DNA of 64,000 nucleotides from assembly GCA_964618625.1 (NCBI GenBank), contig CAZUBI010000001.1:254930-318929 (forward strand), in the 5' to 3' direction. A program made the translations under genes and the position numbers. This stretch comes from an uncultured Candidatus Saccharibacteria bacterium (GTDB lineage: Bacteria > Patescibacteriota > Minisyncoccia > UBA6257). Under the pieces are notes generated by a model. It was given only the letters and a program-made list of their open reading frames with translations. It was not told the origin of the DNA and did not search any database. This document shows, one piece after another, positions 50,358 to 58,623 of this stretch. Each line of letters starts with the position of its first letter. Within the stretch, counting starts at the first letter, position 1.

Positions 50358-50388
50358 TTTACCAAAAAATCGCCTCTTTGGCGATTTT
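50358..50388. repeat. repeated hairpin, copy 5
   Basis: ttaccaaaaaatcgcctctttggcgatttt. Confidence 0.8.
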
Positions 50389-50425
50389 CCTTAGAACAGA
50401 AAGAGTTTTGTGATATGATATATCC

Positions 50426-50935
50426 ATGAAAGAAATTGAGCTTAAATTTAAAATAAAAAACTACAATAACACTAGATTAAAGATTGAAAGTACGGGTGCT
50501 GAATACAAAGGCAAATATAGACAGTTAGACCTTTGGCTTGATACTAAGAACAAAAGGCTTAAGCGTGAAAAAGAGGGATTAAGAATTAGGCAGCAGAATA
50601 ACAAGTCTGTGCTAACCTTTAAAAAAACTGAGCAATCTGATGGTAAATTTCGTGAAGCCGAGGAATTAGAAACAGAAATAAGCGACCCTAAAACCGCTCT
50701 TGAAATATTTAAAAGATTGGGGTTTGAAACGCGTGTAGAGATTAGAAAAGAAAGAGAAGTTTGGAAACTTGGCAAGGTAGAAATAAGTCTAGATGGAGTT
50801 AAAGACCTAGGTACATTTTTAGAACTGGAGGGTTCAAAGGAAAATATAGAAAAAGTTATTACAAAACTTGGGTTTAAAAGTCTATCGCGAATCATCAAAC
50901 ATTACGGAGAACTTCAGGAAGAAAAAAGAGGTTAG
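50426..50935 (+). CDS. CYTH-domain protein (triphosphate tunnel metalloenzyme / class IV adenylate-cyclase-like)
   Basis: N-terminal EIELKFKI (ExExK signature); 169 aa. Confidence 0.7.
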   Translation: MKEIELKFKIKNYNNTRLKIESTGAEYKGKYRQLDLWLDTKNKRLKREKEGLRIRQQNNKSVLTFKKTEQSDGKFREAEELETEISDPKTALEIFKRLGFETRVEIRKEREVWKLGKVEISLDGVKDLGTFLELEGSKENIEKVITKLGFKSLSRIIKHYGELQEEKRG

Positions 50936-50962
50936 GATTGAACTCTAGTTTCTCTTAAGCTA

Positions 50963-50993
50963 TTCACCAAAAAATCGCCTCTTTGACGATTCT
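50963..50993. repeat. repeated hairpin, copy 6 (degenerate)
   Basis: tcaccaaaaaatcgcctctttgacgattct. Confidence 0.7.
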
Positions 50994-50999
50994 AATTTG

Positions 51000-51071
51000 C
51001 TGCGGGACTTGGACTCGAACCAAGATCTTCTCCTCCAAGGGGAGACGTGACTACCATTGCACCATCCCGCA
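51000..51071 (-). tRNA. tRNA, probably Gln(TTG); unusual C at position 33
   Basis: hand-folded cloverleaf: acceptor TGCGGGA/TCCCGCA, T-arm CTTGG-TTCGAGT-CCAAG, anticodon arm TCTCC-CCTTGGA-GGAGA. Confidence 0.5.
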
Positions 51072-51800
51072 ATTTTTATAAATACCTTCAATCCATCCTT
51101 GAATCTTTCGATTCAAATTTATGCTTTTCTTCACAGAAATCCTAATTAATCCAAAATAATCTTTGCCAACATTTTTCCGATGAGTATTAATTTTGTTCTT
51201 TTTCCAAATTATTTTTTGAAAATCTTTTATAGGAAAACCTGTAGCTCTAGACCAATATTGTTGTACTTTTTTCAATTTATGCCGAGCCGTTACATGAAGA
51301 TAAATACGAACATTAATTTCTGATTTCGGTATTTTACAAATTTCATAAAGCCATTCTAAAAATATCTTTATTAAATATGGATCTGAATTTCCTAATTGAA
51401 CTAAACTTCCATTCAATTTTTCTTTACTGCCTTCCCCCCAATACAAAGCTGTACCAATCATCCATAAATCTCTTTCGCTAATATTCTTTATTTCATTTAT
51501 CGCTTCTTTTTTTATTTTCTTTGTAATAATCCTTTTTTGGTTTTTTCTTGCAAGGGCTCCGCGAAGCGCAGCTGATAATTTCTTTTTTGTTAATCTCTGT
51601 TTTTGTCTTTTACTTAACCCAACGCTTCTCAACCATAAAGACAATGTTGATTTGGCAACAGGAACTTTTTCTAATATTTCGGAATAAGAAAAGCCTCTCT
51701 TACGAAGCTTAATAGCTAATTCCTTTTCTTTATATTTTAATATCATCTGAACCACTATTAGTATTACTCTAATTATACTATCATGGTTCGATATTGTCAA
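51051..51800 (-). CDS. HTH + LAGLIDADG-like motif protein (putative free-standing homing-endonuclease-like), paralog of 57974..58603
   Basis: N-terminal HTH (ELAIKLRKRGFSYSEILEKV); ALYWGEGSK resembles LAGLIDADG (..GfiDGEGs); 3' end overlaps the tRNA 5' end by ~20 nt. Confidence 0.45.
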   Translation of the reverse strand: MTISNHDSIIRVILIVVQMILKYKEKELAIKLRKRGFSYSEILEKVPVAKSTLSLWLRSVGLSKRQKQRLTKKKLSAALRGALARKNQKRIITKKIKKEAINEIKNISERDLWMIGTALYWGEGSKEKLNGSLVQLGNSDPYLIKIFLEWLYEICKIPKSEINVRIYLHVTARHKLKKVQQYWSRATGFPIKDFQKIIWKKNKINTHRKNVGKDYFGLIRISVKKSINLNRKIQGWIEGIYKNCGMVQW

Positions 51801-51829
51801 AATACTTTATAAAGTTGGGAAGTTAAAAG

Positions 51830-52738
51830 TTAAACTTTAAGATATTTATTCATTGCCCAGAAGCTGGATACTATTCCTAAGAATATACCAAATAGTGTTT
51901 GATATAGAAGAATATACCAAAAATGCGACCAAAAATACAGACTCATGCTTATTTCAGCAATAAAAGATTCTACTCTAGGGCTACCCCACATAACAAGAGG
52001 GATTAAGATTAAAATCGCAACAAAAGAAGCGATTATGCCCTGAAGCGCTCCTTCTAAAAGAAATGGACCGCGAATAAACCAATTAGAAGCTCCAACTAAT
52101 TTCATTATTTCAATCTCGCCTTTTAGAGAATAAATTGCCATGCGAATCGTGTTAAAACTAATAAGAAGACTCAAAAACGCTGCAATAAGGATAACTAAAA
52201 TAGAGCCTAATTTTATTCCCACTGATAAAGCGTTAATCCTTTCAATCACTCTCTGGTTTTCCATTAAATCTACTGTAATTAATTTCTCTTTAAAAACTGA
52301 ATTATTAATGTCATCAATAATTTCTGTATAATATTTTGTGTCTTTAGCTTTGATATTTAGAGAAGCGGCTAAAGGATTTTCCCCTAATTCTTCCAATGCT
52401 CTTTTTATAGTCGGATTTCTGCTACTTTTTTCTTCAAAAATTTTCAATGCTTCATCTTGGGATATATATTCAATTTTAGCAATTTTTTCACTGCCTATAA
52501 GATCATCGCGAATTCTTAAAATATCTTCTTCTGGAACATCTCTTTTAAAATAAATGCTAATATCCATCTTTTCTTTCAAAATATTAATAAGATTATTGCT
52601 AGCATCATTAAATATTAAAATTGAACTTAAAATAATCAAACTGATAGTCAGCATTACTATGCAAGTAAAAGAAAGCCAATTGTTTCTAACTAACCCTTGC
52701 CAAGCTGTGCGAAAAACTCTTTTTATTAGAATAAACAT
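51830..52738 (-). CDS. ftsX: cell-division permease FtsX
   Basis: 302 aa; 4 TM with large periplasmic loop; follows ftsE. Confidence 0.8.
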   Translation of the reverse strand: MFILIKRVFRTAWQGLVRNNWLSFTCIVMLTISLIILSSILIFNDASNNLINILKEKMDISIYFKRDVPEEDILRIRDDLIGSEKIAKIEYISQDEALKIFEEKSSRNPTIKRALEELGENPLAASLNIKAKDTKYYTEIIDDINNSVFKEKLITVDLMENQRVIERINALSVGIKLGSILVILIAAFLSLLISFNTIRMAIYSLKGEIEIMKLVGASNWFIRGPFLLEGALQGIIASFVAILILIPLVMWGSPRVESFIAEISMSLYFWSHFWYILLYQTLFGIFLGIVSSFWAMNKYLKV

Positions 52739-52781
52739 GTGATTAAATTGTTAAATTGTCTCGTTGTTAAATTGTTTTTAA

Positions 52782-53465
52782 TTATATAAGATATTTTCCT
52801 TCCTCTTCATCACGAATAATTTTTCCTTTATCCAAGCTGATAACCCTTTTCTCTAAAGTATTTATTACCTCTTTATCATGAGTGGCTAAAATTATAGATG
52901 TGCCGAGTTCATTAATCTTCATTAAAAGTTTTATAATCTCCCATGTATTAATCGGATCTAAATCCCCTGTAGGCTCATCCGCTAATATTAACTCTGGTCT
53001 TTGAGCCAAAACGCGGCATATAACCACCCTTTGTTTTTCTCCAGCAGAAAGTTGATGTGAAAAATTATTCGCTTTTTCCTCTAGACCTACTAGTTTTAAT
53101 AATTCAGGAGCGTCTTTTTTTATTGCTTGCTCAGAATAACCAGCCACTTCCATGGCAAAAGTCACATTTTCATAAGCTGTTCTATTAGCTAATAATCTGA
53201 AGTCCTGAAATACCATCCCAATCTTCCGTCTAAGAAAAGTTACTTCTCTGGGTTTAAATTTATTAATATCCTTATCGTCAAAAAAAATTCTCCCTTTGGT
53301 TGGAAGCTCTTCTTTTATCAACATTTTTAAAATTGTCGTTTTTCCTACTCCTGATCTTCCTACTAAAGAAACAAATTCTCCTGATTTTACTTCAAAAGTA
53401 ATATTATCCAAAATTAAAGAACCGTTATAAGCCTTTGAAACATTTTTAAAATAAACTAATGGCAT
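52782..53465 (-). CDS. ftsE: cell-division ATP-binding protein FtsE
   Basis: Walker A GRSGVGKTT, ABC signature LSAGEKQR, Walker B ILADEPTG. Confidence 0.88.
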   Translation of the reverse strand: MPLVYFKNVSKAYNGSLILDNITFEVKSGEFVSLVGRSGVGKTTILKMLIKEELPTKGRIFFDDKDINKFKPREVTFLRRKIGMVFQDFRLLANRTAYENVTFAMEVAGYSEQAIKKDAPELLKLVGLEEKANNFSHQLSAGEKQRVVICRVLAQRPELILADEPTGDLDPINTWEIIKLLMKINELGTSIILATHDKEVINTLEKRVISLDKGKIIRDEEEGKYLI

Positions 53466-53467
53466 AA

Positions 53468-54220
53468 CTAAAAATTTAAAATTTTATCTAAATTTCCATC
53501 TAGCACCTCATTAACATTACCTATTTTTTTACCAGTGAGATGATTCTTTACTAATTTATAAGGATGAAGGACATAAGAACGAATCTGATTACCCCATTCA
53601 ATTTTTATTTTTTCGCCCTTTAATTCTTTCAAAGTTTTTACTTTCTGTTTCTCAGCTAATTGATGAAGTTTAGCCCTTAAAACAGTCAAAGCTTTTTCTT
53701 TGTTCTTAAACTGCGATCTTCCTTCCTGGCAACCAACAACTATCCCAGTAGGCTTATGGCGTACCCTTACAGCTGTTTCCACCTTTTGAACATTTTGCCC
53801 GCCTGGACCTGAAGAACGAAAAGTCTCAATTTCTAAATCGCTTTCTTCTAATGGAAGTTCTTTCGCCTCAATAATCGGCAAAACCTCCACTAAAGCAAAA
53901 GAGGTGTGGCGAAGTTTAGCAGAAGAAAAAGGAGAAATTCTTACCAAACGATGTACACCATTCTCATTTTTTAAAATTCTATAAACATCATCTCCGCCTA
54001 TCTCTGCAATAGCGTTTTTAATGCCGCCATATTCATTTTCTCTCTTGTCTAATAATGAAAATCTCCAATTTTTCCTTTCTGAATATTTCTGATACATCTT
54101 TAAAAGCATCAAAGTCCAATCTTCGGCATCTTGACCGCCAGCACCGGCATACACAGAAAGTGTTATATTATTTCCTCTAGGCATCCTGAGAATTTTACCA
54201 AATTTAGGCCTGAAAAACAA
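53468..54220 (-). CDS. prfB: peptide chain release factor 2 homologue lacking N-terminal domain 1
   Basis: SPF tripeptide (RISPFSS), GGQ (SSGPGGQNVQKVETAVR); TTG start; in-frame stop 10 codons upstream; only 24 nt from pcm. Confidence 0.7.
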   Translation of the reverse strand: MFFRPKFGKILRMPRGNNITLSVYAGAGGQDAEDWTLMLLKMYQKYSERKNWRFSLLDKRENEYGGIKNAIAEIGGDDVYRILKNENGVHRLVRISPFSSAKLRHTSFALVEVLPIIEAKELPLEESDLEIETFRSSGPGGQNVQKVETAVRVRHKPTGIVVGCQEGRSQFKNKEKALTVLRAKLHQLAEKQKVKTLKELKGEKIKIEWGNQIRSYVLHPYKLVKNHLTGKKIGNVNEVLDGNLDKILNF

Positions 54221-54243
54221 CTTATAAAAATAAATTTTATTCT

Positions 54244-54882
54244 TTATTCTTTATCAGTAATTAAAGGAACAAAGGTAAATCCTTGAAAACGCTTAATATC
54301 AAATTCATTTTCCGCTTTTTTTATCCAAAGTTGTACTTCTCCATTAAGAGGAGTAACTATTCTTCCGCCTGTTTTTAATTGTTTCAGCCAATCTTTAGGA
54401 ACTTCACTTACTGCAGCTGAACAAAGAATCTTATCAAACAGAACTTCCTTTTCATAACCTTTAGAGCCGTCAGCGCAAATAAATTCTACGATGCCTTTTT
54501 TTATAAAATTGTATTTTGCTACGTTTCTTTCTCCAAATTCTTTTAATTCAGGAATTCTTTCTATAGCAATTACTTTTCCTTCGGGTTTTTGACTTACAAT
54601 ATAACCCAAAAGAGCACTTGTCCATCCAGAACCAGCGCCAATATCCAAAATCTTTTCTCCTGCTTGCGGCTGAAGAAGCTCTAATATAAATGCCACTGTA
54701 AGGGGCTGGGAAATAGTCTGTCCAAAACCAATCGGTAATGGAATATTTGAATAAGTATCATCTTTATACTTAGAAACTACAAAATTCTTTCTATCAATAG
54801 CAAAAAATGCCTCTATAATATGAGGGGATTTTAAATAACCTGAATCAATAATTTCCTGAACAAGATCTTCTTTTGATAACAT
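54244..54882 (-). CDS. pcm: protein-L-isoaspartate O-methyltransferase
   Basis: GQTISQPLTVAFILELL; SAM motif ILDIGAGSGW. Confidence 0.85.
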   Translation of the reverse strand: MLSKEDLVQEIIDSGYLKSPHIIEAFFAIDRKNFVVSKYKDDTYSNIPLPIGFGQTISQPLTVAFILELLQPQAGEKILDIGAGSGWTSALLGYIVSQKPEGKVIAIERIPELKEFGERNVAKYNFIKKGIVEFICADGSKGYEKEVLFDKILCSAAVSEVPKDWLKQLKTGGRIVTPLNGEVQLWIKKAENEFDIKRFQGFTFVPLITDKE

Positions 54883-54934
54883 TATTAATAGTTCTAACCA
54901 ATTATATCATAAAAAATTCTTTAAAATCAGAAAT

Positions 54935-54987
54935 AAGAACCTGTTCGCTTTGCTCCAGAACCTTGTTTCCTCACTCCGTTCAGAAAT
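54935..54987. repeat. ~50-bp conserved intergenic element, copy B
   Basis: aagaacctgttcgctttgctccagaaccttgtttcctcactccgttcagaaat; ~50 nt upstream of the pcm start. Confidence 0.6.
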
Positions 54988-55057
54988 AAAAGAAGTCCTT
55001 GTTGTTAAATCAAAAGGGCTTTTCTAAATAATATATTGGTCAAAAGAATAAGGTAAT

Positions 55058-55879
55058 CTATTCACCAATTCTGTAGTCTATGTCTTTTGGAGGAACAACC
55101 CGTCCGCCTTCAATATCTCGCTTGAGATAAAAACGGGGTTTGCCTATGACATCAAAAATTGTTTCATAAGGCTCAAAAGAAATCGCTTCTTCTCCAAAGT
55201 TTAAATTATTTAAATCTCGCACCATTAATACAAGCGTAGCAACAGCTGAAATTAAAGTAACTGATAAAAGAAGGGATGGTAATACAGGAACTCTAACCAA
55301 AAATATACAAAATATAAGTGTTGCTGCTAAAGATAAAATAACTAACCACTCCATCTTACCTAACTTATCCTTACCATCCATATATAACTTTTCTCTTGCT
55401 GTCGTTATCTGATTCAAAAGAGGTAACAAATTAGCGTAAGTTTCATCCTCTTTAACCGTTTCTAATTCTTTCACCTCTGCAAGTGATTCTATGATAGCAT
55501 TAAAATAAGGATCGAGTTTACCATAATCATCCCATTCTACTTCAAAAAACTTGCAAACATATTTATCAATAAGCTCTTGCTCTTTTTTCACCCATTCTCT
55601 CTGTTTGGGAAAACCATCCAGAATCTTTACAAATAAATAGTAAGTTTGTAATCCACTTACTTCTATTGCTACATTTGCTCTTATTCTTTGAAATCGCGAA
55701 TAGAGATCTGTAATAAAAAAACCTACAAGGATACCAAAAAGAAGGCCTGTCATTCCTAAAATGGAATTAATTGTCTCGTTAACTTCTCCGCTTGTTGGGA
55801 GGAAAAAAACAAATAAGAAGGATAGCGCTATTACTATAACTATTAGATATTTGGTTTTAATTTTTCTAAGAAAACCCAT
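55058..55879 (-). CDS. hypothetical membrane protein
   Basis: 273 aa, 4 TM helices. Confidence 0.4.
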   Translation of the reverse strand: MGFLRKIKTKYLIVIVIALSFLFVFFLPTSGEVNETINSILGMTGLLFGILVGFFITDLYSRFQRIRANVAIEVSGLQTYYLFVKILDGFPKQREWVKKEQELIDKYVCKFFEVEWDDYGKLDPYFNAIIESLAEVKELETVKEDETYANLLPLLNQITTAREKLYMDGKDKLGKMEWLVILSLAATLIFCIFLVRVPVLPSLLLSVTLISAVATLVLMVRDLNNLNFGEEAISFEPYETIFDVIGKPRFYLKRDIEGGRVVPPKDIDYRIGE

Positions 55880-55911
55880 AAAAAAATATATAAATTATTT
55901 TAATTATTAAT

Positions 55912-56307
55912 CTACATTGGAAGTAATCCTGTGCATCTCCAGTTTATCTCTGCCATTTTTGTTTCTACATTAATTACACAAGCAGGATTACAACCTTCTT
56001 TTTCTATATCTAAATCTATCCACCAAGTCCCAGTAACTTCATTGCATATATAAGTATCTTTCAGCTTATCACCGCATTGGCCCTGAATAGCAATTTCTTT
56101 AGCTTCTGACAAACTAAGTTTTATATCAGTGCCTTTTTTCTGGCAAAATTCCTCAGAAGAAATTGTAGTTGTCGTAGTTAATCCAATTGTCGTTGTTGTA
56201 GCAGAAGGAAGATTTATTGTTATAATCCCTTGATTTATTAAATATCCTCCAACAAACAACAATCCTAGTATTATAAAGAAAATTGAAGCTGATCCTTTTT
56301 TATTCAT
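55912..56307 (-). CDS. hypothetical secreted Thr-rich / Cys-rich small protein
   Basis: signal peptide, TTTTIGLTTTTT linker, 6 Cys. Confidence 0.4.
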   Translation of the reverse strand: MNKKGSASIFFIILGLLFVGGYLINQGIITINLPSATTTTIGLTTTTTISSEEFCQKKGTDIKLSLSEAKEIAIQGQCGDKLKDTYICNEVTGTWWIDLDIEKEGCNPACVINVETKMAEINWRCTGLLPM

Positions 56308-56393
56308 GTTTTTATTTTATATATTTGTTCTTATTTTACTATATTCTTAGTTAAAGCGAAAGTAAGAATTAATGAATAATGTCAGAATCTGTT

Positions 56394-57077
56394 TTAAACA
56401 TTAACTAACCTTTTGTTCTGCCAATATTCATAAAATGGTCCAATGATAAAACCAAACAAGAAATAGAAAATTAAATCTTCTAAAGGAATCCCGATGATAA
56501 TAATTCCACTTAAATATTGGGACATCCATGTTTTATGTATAAAACCGGGAAAAAGCCAAATAAAGGCATAATAAGATGGTAGCGATACAATAGCCATTAA
56601 AATCCCGCTGGCTAAAGCATTCAAAAACAGATCTCTTCTAGTATACAATATATAGATAGCTGCTGTTATCATTGCTATTGTACTAGCCCAAAATGAAGTA
56701 ATATTTAATCCCCAAAATAAAAAAGCAATTATAAAAAATAAAATCAAACAAATATTAAAGGCTCCGGTATCATTAGTCTTTTTAATGCGTTTTGATAATC
56801 TTTTTTTATATATAGCTCCATATAAAACCGCAGCTATACCACCATTACTAAATCCCAGTAGAAAATCCTCTATTCCTACTCTTGTATTAGTAATAGTTTC
56901 TGGCCTCCACCAATCAATTGTCCACCAAAGATAAGCAGTAATTACACTACCTATACCTACTAAAAAACTCATGAAGATCATTTCTTTTCTATAATCCTTA
57001 CGAAAGAAAAATAAAATCGCCCAAGGAATCAAAAAAACAATCGTTCCAACTAAATATGCATATTTAAAATTCAACAT
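56394..57077 (-). CDS. hypothetical polytopic membrane protein
   Basis: 227 aa, ~7 TM helices. Confidence 0.4.
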   Translation of the reverse strand: MLNFKYAYLVGTIVFLIPWAILFFFRKDYRKEMIFMSFLVGIGSVITAYLWWTIDWWRPETITNTRVGIEDFLLGFSNGGIAAVLYGAIYKKRLSKRIKKTNDTGAFNICLILFFIIAFLFWGLNITSFWASTIAMITAAIYILYTRRDLFLNALASGILMAIVSLPSYYAFIWLFPGFIHKTWMSQYLSGIIIIGIPLEDLIFYFLFGFIIGPFYEYWQNKRLVNV

Positions 57078-57174
57078 AATTTTCTGTAATTATAACCTAT
57101 TTGACTTCTTTAATTCAATAGAACCGTCTCTTCCAATTTTATAAAAATTGCGAAGCTTCATGATCAGAAAATTT

Positions 57175-57203
57175 AAAAAGGAGTAGACTACTACTCCCTT
57201 TTC
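57175..57203 (-). terminator. terminator downstream of the tRNA-rpmG transcription unit
   Basis: GGAGTAG-acta-CTACTCC flanked by A/T runs. Confidence 0.55.
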
Positions 57204-57401
57204 CTTTCTCTATTAATTAGGTCTCTATTAATCTGAAGCAATGTTTCCCTGATAAATTTTGTTTTTATATATAGAAAATAAAAATGTATTTTCAAGGTTC
57301 AAGCTAAACTAAGAATACTCTATTTTAGAGTATTCATATTATATAATATCTATATGGAAAAGTCAATGGTTGAGACAAGTCCACTGAAACTTTAGTGAAA
57401 G

Positions 57402-57474
57402 CAGGGGCGGCAGGGCTTGAACCTGCGACCTGCGGTTTTGGAGACCGCCGCTCTCCCAACTGAGCTACGCCCCT
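57402..57474 (-). tRNA. tRNA-Trp (CCA)
   Basis: hand-folded: AGGGGCG acceptor, GCTC/GAGC D-stem, anticodon loop CTCCAAA, T-arm GCAGG-TTCAAGC-CCTGC. Confidence 0.85.
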
Positions 57475-57631
57475 ATTTCTTCATTTCCTTATGACTAGTG
57501 TGTTTTCTGCACCAAGAACAATATTTTTTTAATTCTAATTTACGCTCAACAGTTTTTTTGTTTCTGCGCGTATAATAATTGATATGTTTGCACTCTGTAC
57601 ACTGTAATCTTACTATAAATTCTTTTTTCAT
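57473..57631 (-). CDS. rpmG: 50S ribosomal protein L33 (absent from the ORF track, under 60 aa)
   Basis: translation MKKEFIVRLQCTECKHINYYTRRNKKTVERKLELKKYCSWCRKHTSHKEMKK* verified codon by codon; stop TAG overlaps the tRNA-Trp 5' end by 2 nt. Confidence 0.9.
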   Translation of the reverse strand: MKKEFIVRLQCTECKHINYYTRRNKKTVERKLELKKYCSWCRKHTSHKEMKK

Positions 57632-57683
57632 AGCTAGTATTTATCTGTTGTTAATTGATATTTGTTAGTTGTTAGTTGATCTG

Positions 57684-57755
57684 AGCCGATGGAGGGAATT
57701 GAACCCACGACCCCTTTCTTACCAAGAAAGTGCTCTACCACTGAGCTACATCGGC
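57684..57755 (-). tRNA. tRNA-Thr (GGT)
   Basis: GCCGATG acceptor, anticodon arm CTTTC-TTGGTAA-GAAAG. Confidence 0.8.
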
Positions 57756-57763
57756 TGGACTTG

Positions 57764-57846
57764 TGGGTGCGGTAGGACTCGAACCTACGTAGACCTAAGG
57801 TCGCGAGATTTACAGTCTCGTGCAATTGCCGCTATGCGACGCACCC
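57764..57846 (-). tRNA. tRNA-Tyr (GTA), long variable arm
   Basis: GGGTGCG acceptor, anticodon arm CGAGA-CTGTAAA-TCTCG, variable hairpin GACC-TTA-GGTC. Confidence 0.8.
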
Positions 57847-57910
57847 GTAAATTCTATCTCAGTCATTCATTTTGCCACCTAGGCAAATATTTATCAAGTT
57901 TTCAATACAG

Positions 57911-57983
57911 AGCCACCCATCGGACTCGAACCGACAACCTACGCATTACAAATGCGTTGCTCTACCAATTGAGCTAGAGTGGC
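57911..57983 (-). tRNA. tRNA-Thr (TGT)
   Basis: GCCACTC acceptor, anticodon arm ACGCA-TTTGTAA-TGCGT, T-loop TTCGAGT. Confidence 0.85.
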
Positions 57984-58603
57984 AAAGACTGATTATTGGA
58001 ATATTTTTCTATCCAATCTAAGATCTGATCAAATAATCTTTTATCAGCATATCTTATAGAAACTGTTCCGTATTTTGATTTTTTCTTATAGCTTCCTGCT
58101 TTGCCTTGATGAATATAAGAAGAATAAAATTGTTTTAAAGAAATATTGGTAATTTCTGACCATTGTTTTTTAATCTTAGTTTCATCTTGATCCTCGTATA
58201 AATGAAGCGATATTCTTAATCGATTTTCTTGAATACCACAAATATTTCGGAGAAATTTTAAAAAAACTTTAATCATCTCTGGATTACTATTAACGAAATC
58301 CACATAATTGCCACTTCTTTTTGTTCCCTCAGCCCAATAAAGCATAATTCCTGCTATCAATAGAAGCTCATCATCTTTACTTAATTTCTTTTTTATCTTA
58401 AATGGAAGTTTATAAAATTTATGAAAATAAATTAAGTTTGCTGCATTACTTCGATTTCTTCTTGGAATATCATTTTTTTCTAACCAATAACGAACTTTGT
58501 TATTAGAGATTTTAAGATCTTGCGCTATTTGAAACATTGATCTTTCTTTAATCTTGTACAAAAAGCAAATATCTTCAACTAATTTTTGATGTCTATCTAC
58601 CAT
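57974..58603 (-). CDS. HTH + LAGLIDADG-like motif protein, paralog of 51051..51800
   Basis: HTH (MFQIAQDLKISNNKVRYWLEKN); LIAGIMLYWAEGTK motif; stop overlaps the 5' end of tRNA-Thr(TGT) by ~10 nt. Confidence 0.45.
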   Translation of the reverse strand: MVDRHQKLVEDICFLYKIKERSMFQIAQDLKISNNKVRYWLEKNDIPRRNRSNAANLIYFHKFYKLPFKIKKKLSKDDELLLIAGIMLYWAEGTKRSGNYVDFVNSNPEMIKVFLKFLRNICGIQENRLRISLHLYEDQDETKIKKQWSEITNISLKQFYSSYIHQGKAGSYKKKSKYGTVSIRYADKRLFDQILDWIEKYSNNQSLPL

Positions 58604-58623
58604 AAGCCATAAAAGACGATTAA

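Noticed and set aside
50461-50898. 145-aa ORF antisense to the CYTH gene
   Set aside because: It fully overlaps a CDS with a clear CYTH signature on the other strand. Ser/Leu-rich low complexity.
57632-57683. Tandem TGTTAGT heptamer upstream of rpmG and a similar AACTAACAA stretch before tsf (59822..59844)
   Set aside because: This is probably an AT-rich, SD-poor translation-initiation context common to both genes rather than a distinct element. Too short to support.
57634-57977. ORFs 57634..57825 (-) and 57669..57977 (+) from the six-frame track
   Set aside because: They fall entirely on the tRNA-Thr/Tyr/Thr genes and spacers. The amino-acid strings are low-complexity translations of tRNA sequence.
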